64,000 nt of DNA from Trichodelitschia bisporula. Its lineage: Eukaryota. The position numbers and the translations under genes were made by a program. The stretch lies in NCBI GenBank assembly GCA_010356995.1, contig ML996709.1:200606-264605 (forward strand). The letters are read 5' to 3'. The notes beneath the pieces were generated by a model. The model was not told the DNA's origin and did no database searches. It worked only from the letters and a program-made list of their open reading frames with translations. Shown one piece after another: positions 47,523 through 58,452 of this stretch. How positions within the stretch are numbered: the stretch's first letter is position 1; every line of letters starts with the position of its first letter.

Positions 47523-48497
47523 ATGGAGAGTGATGTCTCCCGCGCTCCGCAGCGCCGATATCCCCTCCCTTCACTCCCGCCAGCCCCACTCCTGTCCGAC
47601 CAGTTCACGCTCCCTCTCAACAGCTCCGTGGATGCTGACAATGGGCTTCTAGCGGAAGCGCGCGAGATACCACTCCCGCCGAGCCACTACGGATCGACAT
47701 ATACGGCGACGACGCACCACTACAGCTCGACGTATGCATCTACGGCACACTACTCATCGGCGACACGGGGTTCAGTCCGCCGGGTTTTTTTTGCGGGCGG
47801 TGTAGGGGAGCCGCAGGAAATAGTGACACGGGGTTCAGTTCGCCGGCGTTTTTTTACGGGTGGTGTGGGGGAGCCGCAGGAAAGAAGGGAGAGGGAGCGG
47901 CTAAATGTAGCTTGGAATAAGAGGCAGAGAAAGAAAATGACGGGACTAGAGAGACAGAGAAAGACTAGGGAGTGGAAAGAGATGCGGAGCGAAGAAACGA
48001 AAAGGACGGAGGGGTTGGGAGAGGAAGTGAAGGGGCTACTAAGGCAGGAAAAGGAAAGGGAACGGCTGGGGAAGATGTTTGGGAAGAAAGAGTGGCTACA
48101 CTGGCTTGGACTCATGTTGGATTGTGCATGTGCGATGCAGATGACGATATGGGGCGAGATGGGGCTGAACTGGCCGCAACTTCAGCTCCAGTGGCTGACG
48201 CGGACGATGCAGATGATGCAGGAACTGGACGGGCAGACGATGGGGAGAGAGCAGAAAGGGGTTCTGAAGCACCTTCACGGCGCGCTAGAGCTTTACGTGC
48301 ATGTGCAGGGGGAGCTGCTAACGCACTTTCGAGGGTTTCGGTGGAAACAGCGGGTTAAGAGGTTAGGGGCGTGTGTGGTGAAGAGCGACATAAAGGCATG
48401 GGAGTTAGAGCAGAACTTAATAGCCTTGAACACGTTACAGGAGGCCTTCAAAGCACGGAAACAGAATCTGGAAAGAGAACTCAAAGCGCTGCGATAG
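47523..48497 (+). CDS. IPLPPSxY-family member 12 (subfamily D), intact
   Basis: LLAEAREIPLPPSHYGSTYTATTHHYSSTY, a 63-bp internal duplication (47762/47825), charged coiled coil and WLHWL...QWL helices. Confidence 0.78.
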   Translation: MESDVSRAPQRRYPLPSLPPAPLLSDQFTLPLNSSVDADNGLLAEAREIPLPPSHYGSTYTATTHHYSSTYASTAHYSSATRGSVRRVFFAGGVGEPQEIVTRGSVRRRFFTGGVGEPQERRERERLNVAWNKRQRKKMTGLERQRKTREWKEMRSEETKRTEGLGEEVKGLLRQEKERERLGKMFGKKEWLHWLGLMLDCACAMQMTIWGEMGLNWPQLQLQWLTRTMQMMQELDGQTMGREQKGVLKHLHGALELYVHVQGELLTHFRGFRWKQRVKRLGACVVKSDIKAWELEQNLIALNTLQEAFKARKQNLERELKALR

Positions 48498-48765
48498 GCA
48501 CTATTATTCAGACCAGTCTAATCACACACTGTACGCCTTACGCAGACTGTCGGCCTCACGCACACTGTATAGCTCACGCACACTGTACACCCGTGACACC
48601 TCACGCACACATGTACACCTCACGTATACTGTACACGGCACGTACAATCTCACCCACACTCAACCATACATCATACACATGCCCCACCTACAGTACTCTA
48701 CCTAACCCACACCACACCCAGTCCTCAAGTCATCAACGCCGAAAAATGCCCCTCAACCAACGCCC

Positions 48766-51274
48766 TTACTCCTTGTCACCCGCCGAACCCTCCCGCCCCT
48801 CTTCCTCTTCCGCCCTCGCCTTCCCCTTCCCCTTCTCCCTATTCCTTACCCCGGAATCGCCGCTAGGACCAGGACCGTGTTGTAAGCCCGTAGCCGTAGC
48901 CGAGTCCGTGGCCGTGGCCGACGAAGATCCCTCTCCCGGCCCTTCCCCCGAAGCCGCAGTTACCGCACCCGCACTCGCACTCTCCCCCGTCTCCGGGCCA
49001 ACAACCGGCTCCGAACTCCCCGCCCCCTCCGCCCTCTCCGCCTCCTCCCTCTCCCTCTCCTCAATCAACCTCCTCATAGCAGCACGCATCTCCTCCCTCT
49101 GCCTCTCCTGCTCCCGCGCGACCCCCTCCCCAACCCCAGGCCACAAACTCGCAAACAGCAACGCAAGCGTCCGTTCCCACCTCCTCACCCGTTCCAACAC
49201 CCCGTCAGGCCCCCTCCCCTCCATTCCTTCCCCCTCCCTTCCCACTCCCTCCGCCGCCGGCGCCGCCTGCCCAGGCGCCCCCCCAATCAACCCCCCAAAA
49301 TGTCCCCTTATCCCCTCCCAAACCCCCTGCCCCCACTGCCCCAGCACTCCCATCTGCACCGCATACACCACAAGCCCCAGCCCAAATACAATAAGACCGC
49401 GCGCATAATCGCGCCCGCTCCCGCCGAGGAGCAGCCACATGAGGCCTGCGATACGGACCGCGAGCCAGAGGTTGCGGATAGCGGGTTCGAGCAGGTCGCG
49501 CATTTCGTCGGGGCGCACGGGGTTGGGCTGGGCTGCGGGCGGGGCAGGGCCGTTGGGATTATCGGCTGCAGGGCCGGCGGGCGTATCGGCGGCCGGAACG
49601 ACGGGAGGTCCGGCGATGTCATTTAGACCCGGTACACCCGCACCCTGCCCACCCACATCCATCGGAAGCAACCCTGTAACCACACGCGAAAATTCCTGCA
49701 CCAACTGCTGATGCGGCAACTGGCTCGCCAACAGCGCATACAGCACGTCATTCGACAACGGCGGCGAAACAGCCTGTCCCGTCGGACCCACAATCAATGC
49801 CGTACTCTCCCCGGCCGGATTCTGCAGTATAAAAGCCTGGGGCGTGGGCGCCGTGAGCGGGACCGAGAACATGTCGCCCATCGGCGGAGGCCCAGGCGTA
49901 GCCATGCGACTCTCGGGATTCGGCGACACGGACTCTCCCCGTCTTGCGCGGTCGACGATCTCAGCGCGCTCCAGACGCTCGAGGCGCATCTGCGCGTTAT
50001 GCAGGGATACGCGCGCACCGGCGAGCATTTGCTGCCGCAGAGGGGGCTCCTGCGTGCCCGGCCCCGCGGTCCGGAGTCGCTCAGTCTCAAGTTCGCGCAG
50101 GGCACCGAGGGCGAGGGCGATTTCGGCGCGCAGGGCGAGGAACCGGCGCGCGGGGCCCGGGCGCTCGAGATATTCGGTTATTTCGCCGATGGAGACGTGC
50201 AGGCGTGCGAGGCGCTGGTTCCAGTCTTGGGATGGAGCTGGCGGGGCATCGGCTGTGCTGAGGACGACGCGCGGTAGGTCGGGAGGAGGGGTGTTGGTGT
50301 GGAAGGGGGGCTGGGGTTGGGTGGCTTGGGTGCGGTAGCGGTTGAAGATGTCCCTGAGCTCTGAGGCTGCGGGCTCGGGGAGGGCGTATGGGTGTTGGGG
50401 CGCGGGTTGGTCGGATCCTGTGGGCGGTGTGGGTTGCGCCGCTGGGTCACCGCTCGCGTGGGCTTCGCTCGGTTGTCCGTCCCTCCGCTGTGTCTCGTGC
50501 TGCGCTGCAACTGCCGCGCCATGGACTTGTCCCATCTGCTCAAACCGCTGCATCATCTGCTGGTGGAGGTGCTGGTGCGCAGGCCGCGCATCAGCGGTTG
50601 TGCTAGGGCGGAGATTAGGCGTCGTAGCACCGCTGCGCCGCTGCGCCGGGACCGGTGCCGGCGCAGTACGGTTCTGGATATCGGCGAGCGAGTTCGGCAG
50701 CTGCCTGTGCGTGAGGAAGTGCTGGTTGAGCATGTCGTTCATCTGCTCATGGCTCATGTGGGGAAACTGGCCGCCGGGTGGTTGTGCCTGGGCTCGAAAC
50801 GGGTTCCGCGGGGCTGCAGCGGGCGCGGGAGCAGGTGCGGGCTGGTGGATGTTGCGGAAGGGGTTGGCAGGAGCGGCTGGAGGCACGGAAGCAGACCGCG
50901 GAGCGGAATGGAGGGTGGTGTGTGGGTGGGCGTGTGGGTGGGCTTCGCGCAGGACGAGGTGTAGCGAGTGCAGCTGTTGCTGTTGGATCTACGGTTTGTC
51001 AGCTCGTGCACTTCCCCATGATAAAATTGCGTACCGCAGGCCGACCGAGGACGTCGAGGAGTGTGTCTGCATCGCGTACGAGTGCGCGTCCGAGGTAGAT
51101 CAGGCGCTGGCGCTCGACGGCGGGGTGCGTGGGCACTTCGAGGCGGATGCGGTCTTTGAGCGCGCCGATGGTGGTGGTCACTGGGGCATTGAATATCATC
51201 AAGCCGCCGGGGCTGATCTCGGAGGAGGGAGAGAGGATCTTGAGATCGACTTTGTCGCGGTCTTCGGTCGCCAT
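48766..51274 (-). CDS. N-terminal ubiquitin-like-domain membrane protein (Usa1/HERP-like architecture)
   Basis: Exon 1 LKILSPS...TTIGALKDRI...PAVERQRLIYLGRAL (Ubl); intron near 51033-50990; long Pro/Gln-rich region; two C-terminal TM segments and LFASLWPGVGE. Confidence 0.75.
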
Positions 51275-51800
51275 TTGGAGAGCTTGAATGAAAGTAACGG
51301 GCAAACTACAAATGCAGTGAGCTGAAAAAAGGGCGGAGAAGCTGGAGGCGCATGTCTTGCAGTGCCAATGAAGCTAACGGGCTTGCGGAGCGGGACAAAC
51401 GAGGACAAGAGATGCGGTGGGTTGGTGGAGATAGTTGGTGCTTGCCGGTCGTGGTGTTGAACGTCCAGCTGGCATCACTGTGGGTGCCTGGGGCAGCAAC
51501 TCGTGGCCGAGGCACCAATTTTGTCTCAACACCACAAAACTCTCGCGATTCCTACTTTCAGTGCATTGGCTCAGCTTCATCTCATCCCCTCCTTCAATAT
51601 CCCCTCCAAGCAGCCAGCTGTGCAGTATCCAGCCGCGCGGCAGCCGAATTGCCGCTGCCGAGCCTTTCTGCGCTAATCGCAAGCTCCTGCAGCCCCAGCG
51701 TCATAGCCTCCGCAACTTTTCCCGCCGATCCTCTCACCTCCCAAAACTCCACTCCCACGGCCTTCTCTCTCACACTCTACCTCCCAGCGCATGGCCCACA

Positions 51801-53328
51801 ATGAACCGTCCCATCCTCCATAAACCTCTCGCGCCAATCGGTCTTCCCCTCCCCCGCCCCCGTCGCATCTTCACCACCACCCGCCCCCAACAGGCGCAAC
51901 AGCAACAGCACCACTCCGATCCCTTCCGTACCCGCCTCCGCACCGCCCTCAACCGCACCCGCATACAATGGTACACCATCCCGGTGGGCGTAGGCATCGC
52001 CTTCCTCGGCTCCGTGCAATTCTACCGCGTCAACGCGCGTGAAAAGGCTCTGCGCGAAGAGGGAGAAGTAGAAGACGCGCGCCGGGGGCGGCATCGGCTT
52101 AGCGGGCCATGGTACGTCGCAGCGACCTCATGGTGGTTGTCAATGTTAATATAGCCGCAGGCAGGTCCAAATCATGTCCACCCTCCCCCTCAAAGCCCTC
52201 TCCCGCCTCTGGGGCCGCTTCAACGAACTCACAATCCCCTACTACCTCCGCGTGCCCGGCTTCAAACTCTACTCGTACATCTTCGGCGTCAACCTGTCCG
52301 AAGTCGCCGAAGCCGACTTGCACACCTACCCCAACCTCGCCTCCTTCTTCTACCGCACCCTGAAGCCCGGTTCCCGGCCACTGGATCCAAACCCAAACGC
52401 CGTGCTCTCCCCCGCCGACGGCCGCGTAATCCAATTCGGCACCATCGAGGCCGGCGAAATAGAACAAGTAAAAGGTGTAACCTACTCCCTCTCCGCGCTG
52501 CTCGGCTCCCGCGCCCCCACCCCCCCCTCCACCCCAACACACAGCCGCTCCCCCTCCCCAGAGCCGGCAAATCCAGACGTCGTCGCCGCAGACGAGGAAT
52601 TCGCCCGCGTAAACGGCATATCCTATTCCCTCCCCAACCTGCTCACCGGCGACGGCAAAAAGGCCTCCCCGCCTGCAAGCGACCAATCCATCCCCTCGAG
52701 CCTAACCTCAGAAGTCGAAGTCAGCGCCGATCTCGCGCGGCCTACATCCCCTTGGTGGGCGCCCGCGGCTAGCACGAAAACGACGCTGTACTACGCCGTC
52801 GTGTACCTGGCCCCAGGGGACTACCACCGGTTCCATTCGCCCGTGGCGTGGGTCGTGCAGTCGCGGCGGCATTTCGCGGGGGAACTATTCTCCGTCTCGC
52901 CGTGGCTGCAGCGGACACTCCCGGGCCTGTTTACTTTGAATGAGAGAGTGGTGTTGCTGGGGCGGTGGCGCTGGGGGTTTTTTAGTTACACGCCTGTCGG
53001 GGCTACGAATGTGGGGTCCATCGTGCTGAACTTCGATCGCGAGCTTAGGACGAACTCGTTGCTGACGGACACGGCGGCGGATAAGGCGGCTGCTGAAGCG
53101 AGGGAGAGGGGGGAGGCGTATGCGGGGTTTAGTGAGGCGCAGTATGCGAGTGCAAGTGAGGTGTTGGGGGGGAATGCGTTGAGGCGCGGGGAGGAGATGG
53201 GCGGGTTTAGGTTGGGGAGTACGATTGTGCTTGTTTTTGAGGCGCCCAAGGATGGGTGGAAATGGGAAGTGAAGAGGGGGGAGAGGGTTAAGGTGGGGCA
53301 GGCGTTGGGGGAGGTTGTGGAGGAGTGA
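51801..53328 (+). CDS. PSD1: Mitochondrial phosphatidylserine decarboxylase
   Basis: Arg-rich presequence, STLPLKALSRLWG, SPADG, YLAPGDYHRFHSP, VGATNVGSI and the autocleavage motif GGFRLGSTIVLVFEAP; intron near 52112-52160. Confidence 0.95.
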
Positions 53329-53434
53329 TGAGGGATGGCTTGCGGATGCAGCTCCGATCTATGTATATTGTACACTTCGCAACTGTGAGAGCTGGAAGCT
53401 CAGTCCTGCTTCAAACACAGTCCCATCCTGCACC

Positions 53435-54259
53435 CTAGCGATTCTTCTTCCGCAAAACCCCACCATCCACCGTCAAATCCTGCCCCGTAACCCACCCCGC
53501 ATCAACCAAATACTGCACCGCATGAAAAATATCCTCCGGCGTCCCCGCCCGCCCCGCAGGATGCTGTTCCGCATCCTCACTCCCCTCCTGCCCCTCCCAC
53601 GTCTTTCCCTTCTGGTCCCCTTCCTTACTCTCATGCGCCACCTTCACCCTTCCCGGCGCAACCAGATTCACCCTCACGCCCCACCGCTCGCAACTCACAG
53701 CCATAGCATGCATGAGCCCGATCAGCCCCGCCTTCGTCGCCGCATATCCCTCCTGATCCGGGTCGGACTGGTGCGCGCGGAACGAGCCCACCAGAATCAC
53801 GCACGGGCCGGGATCGGTTGGGTCCTCGGCCTTCTCAGGCGGGCGCTTCATATATGGCAGACAGGCCTGCGTCATAGCGAACGGGGCCGTGAGATTCGTC
53901 TCCATGTAGGCTTGCCACTGCGGCATGATACTCGGGTCCAGCATCGTTTTCCCATCTTTCCATTTCGGGGAAGCGATGCCGGCGTTGTTGATTAGGATGT
54001 CAATGTGGTCGTTGAAGAATTTGGCGGCCTTTGCGGCGGTTTCGCGGATGGAGTCGAGGGAGCGCAGGTTGCAGATGGAGTACGCGAGACGCGAGGAGTG
54101 GGCTTTTAGGTGCTCTTTGGCGGTGTAGGTGAGTTCTTCTTCGTTGATGTCGACGAGGAAGACGCGGTGGCCGGCTTCGGCGTAGTGGCGCGCGATGCAC
54201 CGGCCTATGCCTTGGGCGGCGCCGGTGATGAGGACGTTTTTGGGGGTTTGGTCTGGCAT
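53435..54259 (-). CDS. Short-chain dehydrogenase/reductase
   Basis: TGAAQGIG, LINNAG, YAATK, VNLVAPG and TGQDLTVDGG motifs. Confidence 0.92.
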   Translation of the reverse strand: MPDQTPKNVLITGAAQGIGRCIARHYAEAGHRVFLVDINEEELTYTAKEHLKAHSSRLAYSICNLRSLDSIRETAAKAAKFFNDHIDILINNAGIASPKWKDGKTMLDPSIMPQWQAYMETNLTAPFAMTQACLPYMKRPPEKAEDPTDPGPCVILVGSFRAHQSDPDQEGYAATKAGLIGLMHAMAVSCERWGVRVNLVAPGRVKVAHESKEGDQKGKTWEGQEGSEDAEQHPAGRAGTPEDIFHAVQYLVDAGWVTGQDLTVDGGVLRKKNR

Positions 54260-55143
54260 TTTGGGGGTTGAAGGTGAGATTCTGGGGGTGTGGAGTGCTG
54301 GTCGGATGGTCGTGAGAAGAGAGCTGAGGGGGAGGTTGATAAACACTTGATGTCGTGGGGAAGAAGGGGGAGCTTGTTGGTGATGCACCAGTGACATCAC
54401 AGGTGACGTCGCTTGCCCAACCCCAGCCTCTCTGCCGGGTAACCACACTCAGCCTTGCGCCGCAGACCACACACAAACACCAAGCACCGCCACACATCAC
54501 CAGACGCCAATACAAACATTGAACTCATGACAAAGGGTTACTTCCTCATTCCCAAGGGCCGTCACACAAGCCCCACAACTCAACATCCGATCAACCCAGG
54601 ACTGTTCCCCCAATGACGCTGTGCAACTACTTGCGTTGGCAAGGACGACCTTGCACCCGCCTTGCGCCCCGGTGCAACTGTCACTCCACCACTGGGCTAC
54701 AACCGTAGCCTCCGGCCTCGCACCCGCTGACCTCGAGCGCCTGCCGTGCGTGGATTGCAATATTGGCTTGGTACAGAAAGACGTGGCAGTCACGCCCGGC
54801 CACCGACTGATAGAGTTGAGGCAGGAGCATAGGTAGACAGGGAGGAGCAAATCACTTTGCGAAAGGATCATGATGTAATGTACGCACGATGGAAAAGAAG
54901 GAGTACAGGAGGGTATCTGGCATGGTGTATTTAGTCTCGAGAGTCGCTCGACTCTCTTCTTCTCTTCATCTTCCATCATACTCTTCACAATACACCGAAG
55001 CCATTGCACGTTAAGCCTGTGTTCCATCAGATGCAGGTGGTATAGGCTGCCTCTCCCTTTCGGGATAATTCTCTGCGTACACCGGCCGAGTCTGTCCGAG
55101 AGTCTCATCTTCTAATTCAAATCAACCTCCTCCCACCGCCACT

Positions 55144-55715
55144 ATGCGCTTCTTCTCCCTCCCCGCCCTGCTCTTCGCGCTGCCAGCGGTCTGCGTGCGC
55201 GGTTAAGCTTCTCTGTTCCGATGTAACGGACAGCAATTAACAAAGCCAGTCTCCTACGACACAATATACGACAACCCCGCCAAACCTCTTACCGAAGTCG
55301 CCTGCTCCGACGGCGACAACGGATTCCTGCAGTACGGCTACAAGACCGTGAGCGACCTGCCGAACTTTCCGTACATCGGAGGTGCGCAGGAGGTGGGCGG
55401 GTGGAACAGTCCCGCTGTATGCCTCCCACCCTTTCCATGCTCTCAAAGGCAGATGTTGGGTGTCGGAGGCTAACGATGCACAGTGTGGTGTCTGCTTCAA
55501 TATGACGTACAACGGCACCGCGCTCTATGTCACGGCCATCGACCATAGCGCGACGGGCTTCAATATCGCACATTACGCGATGGATAGTCTGACGGGGTTC
55601 CGGGCGTCGGCGCTGGGAGTTGTGGACGCCGAGGCGAACCGTGTGGATCCTATACATTGCCAGGTGACTTATGTTCCCACTGCGAGAATACGGGCTGACA
55701 AGGCAAAAGTCGTAG
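55144..55715 (+). CDS. Cerato-platanin (SnodProt1/Epl1-like) secreted protein, three introns
   Basis: Signal peptide MRFFSLPALLFALPAV; VSYDTIYD...VACSDGDNG...PYIGG...WNSPA/CGVCF...AIDH...GFNIA..AMDSLT..HC, with four Cys. Terminal intron from 55664 (gtgact...gctgac...ag); exact stop 55715-55721. Confidence 0.9.
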
Positions 55716-55786
55716 GGATGACATTGAGGTCACTGCGGGACGTAGGGTTAGGACAGGCGCAAGAACAAAATGCATTAATTCCCTTT

Positions 55787-56593
55787 CTAGATGTGCACCA
55801 CCGGGCCACCGGGCGGCTTGTACGCCGGCATCGGCTTCTGATACACATTGAACTTGATACCGGGATCGGTGGCCGAATACGCGCCTGGAATCGCAATGCC
55901 CGCCGGGAGCGACTGTCCCCGTCAGCAACCTCCCCAAATTCCTCGAAATACCACATACCTTCGATCCGCCCGTGACCTTGAACTGAATGCACGCCATGTA
56001 AAGCTGCGCCCCACCAACATTGCTCCCCTCATGCAGCGCCACAATCTCCGGCCGGATGAGGTACTCGCCCGGCGCCAGCGACGGCATGGTAAAGTCATGC
56101 TTCCCGCCATTCTTCCTCAGCTTATCCGTCGCCCACACACCGTGCTCAAACCCCTCACTCGCAATCTTAACCCACACATTCCCCTTCCCCTCGCTCTTCG
56201 CAGGCGCGACATACACCTGCACAGGACCCTTGTGCGAGTCGGCAATGATGTCATCGCCCTTGTTATTGTGCGCCCAAATCACAGTGATCTGTCCCATCAT
56301 CAGCCTTGCTCTCCCCCCCCAAAACTCATTTCCCGAGAGGGAAAACCCACCTTATCACCCGCCTTCGCATTCAACGTCTTAGTATTCACCCCCCGATTCC
56401 GATTACACGTCATATCCGCGCTCTTCACATCCTTAATCGGATCATTGTTCTGCACTTTCCGGATGTACCCCGGCTGCGCGTCGCCCCGCCCTTGATCCTG
56501 GCCGTTGACTTGCACGCCCCAGACGTAGGCGTGGGCGGAGGCGAGGGGCGCGAGACTTGCGCCAGCAAGTAGCAGAGTAGATAGAAGGCGCAT
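55787..56593 (-). CDS. AA9 lytic polysaccharide monooxygenase
   Basis: Signal peptide followed by His1 (ASA|HAYV), [29 protein letters not shown] and C-terminal PGP; two introns. Confidence 0.93.
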
Positions 56594-57159
56594 TTCGACG
56601 ATAGGTGAGAGATAGTGAGGTGCTGGCGGAGAGGACGGACGGGCGAGGTGCAGGGCCGGCGGGATATAAACCCCCTCTCCGGCGCGCAGGTTTCCCTTTG
56701 GAAGCCGGAGCACGGTCGGACTGGGGCTACGCTATTGAGCAGGCGAACGCGGGGTGCATGCGATAGAGTGCGCGATCCATCGGCTGCAACAGCTAATTCT
56801 CCGACCTACCAGCTCCGTCTCGGGGCATCAGGGCAAGCGCGCCAACGCTGCTTTGCGGAGAATGATGCCCGGCAGCTGTATTTGCTTGGGGTTTAGGTGT
56901 CAGCGTCGTGGTAGTGCTAGTTGCTACTTGAAGCGGCGGGTGATGGGCCTCCGGGGTGTGGGCTTATTTCTCCGGTTTCAGGCTGAGTGCGGCCGCGTGA
57001 GGAGGGTTTGGCAGGTGGAGCCGGGGCTGGGGCTCACGTGGGAGTGGGTGGGATAGATGAATGGTGTTTATGTAGCGCGGGCTTGGTGGTAGAGAGGTGA
57101 GATTGTGACGCTTGAGCTTGTTGTCGTTGTTGTCGAATTTCTGCTTCGTTAGTGTTACG

Positions 57160-57938
57160 ATGAAGGTCGCCACCAGCGCGCTGCTCGCGCTTCTCCCGCT
57201 CGCCTATGGGCACTGTACGTCTGCCTTTCTGACCAGTGGATGATACGGGCTGATCGTGGGTAGATACGTTCCCCAACCTGATCCTCGCCTCTAACACCAG
57301 CGCCGAATGGCAGTACATCCGCATGACGGCCAACCACTACAACTCCGCGCCCATCGACGATCCCACTTCGCCCGCCATCCGCTGCTACGAGGATAGTTCA
57401 CATCAACGCGCGGCCGTCGCCTCGGTGACCGCGGGCCAGACGTTGGGGTTTAAGGCGAGCAATACGATGGGCCACCCGGGGCCAGTGCTGTTCTACATGG
57501 CGCGCGTGCCCAGTGGCGCGAGTGCGGCGGAGTGGAAGGGGGATGGGAGGGTTTGGTTTAAGGTGCATCAGAGGGGGGCGACGGTGGATAATACCGGCGT
57601 GCATTTTCAGACTGGTGAGGGGCTCGGAGGGAGAGGGTGATGGGGGACTGACGGGTTTACTAGGCATGAACACGATTTCGTTCCCCGTCCCTCGCAGCTT
57701 GCCGGCGGGGGAGTATCTTGTCAGGGCGGAGCACATCGCGCTGCATAAGCCGGGCTCTCCGCAGCATTACGTCGCGTGTGCACAGGTTAAGGTTACTGGT
57801 GGAGGTAGTGGACGGCCCGGGCCGTTGGTTGCGTTTCCGGGGGCGTATTCGAAGAGTGATCCTGGGATTATGTTCAATATGTATGGGAATCCGGTGAAGC
57901 CGTATCCGTTGCCTGGGCCGGAGGTGTGGAGTGGGTAG
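57160..57938 (+). CDS. AA9 lytic polysaccharide monooxygenase
   Basis: MKVATSALLALLPLAYG|H-Y across an intron, IRCY, GHPGP, WFKV, GEYLVRAEHIALH, QHYVACAQ, FPGAY and PGPEVW. Confidence 0.93.
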
Positions 57939-58452
57939 GCGGTTGGAAGTCCGTGGGGGGGATTGGAGAGACGGGCGAAGATGAGAGGAAGGCTACTGGA
58001 AGGGCGCCTGCTCGTTTGTTCTTGATACACGGAAGGGAGACTGTACATAAGGAATTGGAGACTTGAAGATGCGAAGATACGAGGGCGTTTTCTATTGCCG
58101 GCCGTGAAGTCATGAGAACTTGATCCAGGGCGTGAAGGATGTGATATTTCGCCTTGTCAACTGCGACGTGGCTTGGTTAGCAAAGAGCATTCTGAGTCGG
58201 ATCTAGGGTACTCTAGTGATTAGAGACTCTCTTATGTGGATGATCTTCCATTCTCTCCCAATTGATGAGGAGGTGATGTGATGGATGAGGTTTGTGGGCG
58301 AAGGCAGCCATGTCCTCTTCCCTGCGTACATCTCATCCCGCCACCGCCACCCCGCGCACATCTCATCCAACGCCAAGCGCGATACCTCAACACCACAACC
58401 ACACATCACCAACTTTCTCCCCACGCACATCCTCCCCCCTCAAACCACCACA

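Noticed and set aside
29542..47690. IPLPPSxY as a canonical PY (L/PPxY) Rsp5-binding motif, or the family as wtf/Spok homologs
   Set aside because: The spacing is PPxxY, not PPxY. There is no multi-TM wtf architecture or Spok-like domain; only an evolutionary analogy is defensible.
48371..51325. Long + strand ORFs (345 aa, 327 aa) and similar antisense ORFs over UTP10, DPP4 and DBP6
   Set aside because: These are shadow ORFs of GC-rich coding sequence on the opposite strand, with no independent motifs.
54497..55108. 203-aa Cys-containing minus-strand ORF
   Set aside because: No signal peptide, domain or convincing splice model; it lies in the SDR/cerato-platanin divergent promoter region.
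55382..55975. 197-aa ORF suggesting cerato-platanin overlaps the antisense AA9 gene
   Set aside because: It is an unspliced readthrough; introns at ~55417-55483 and from 55664 give a normal-length protein ending near 55715.
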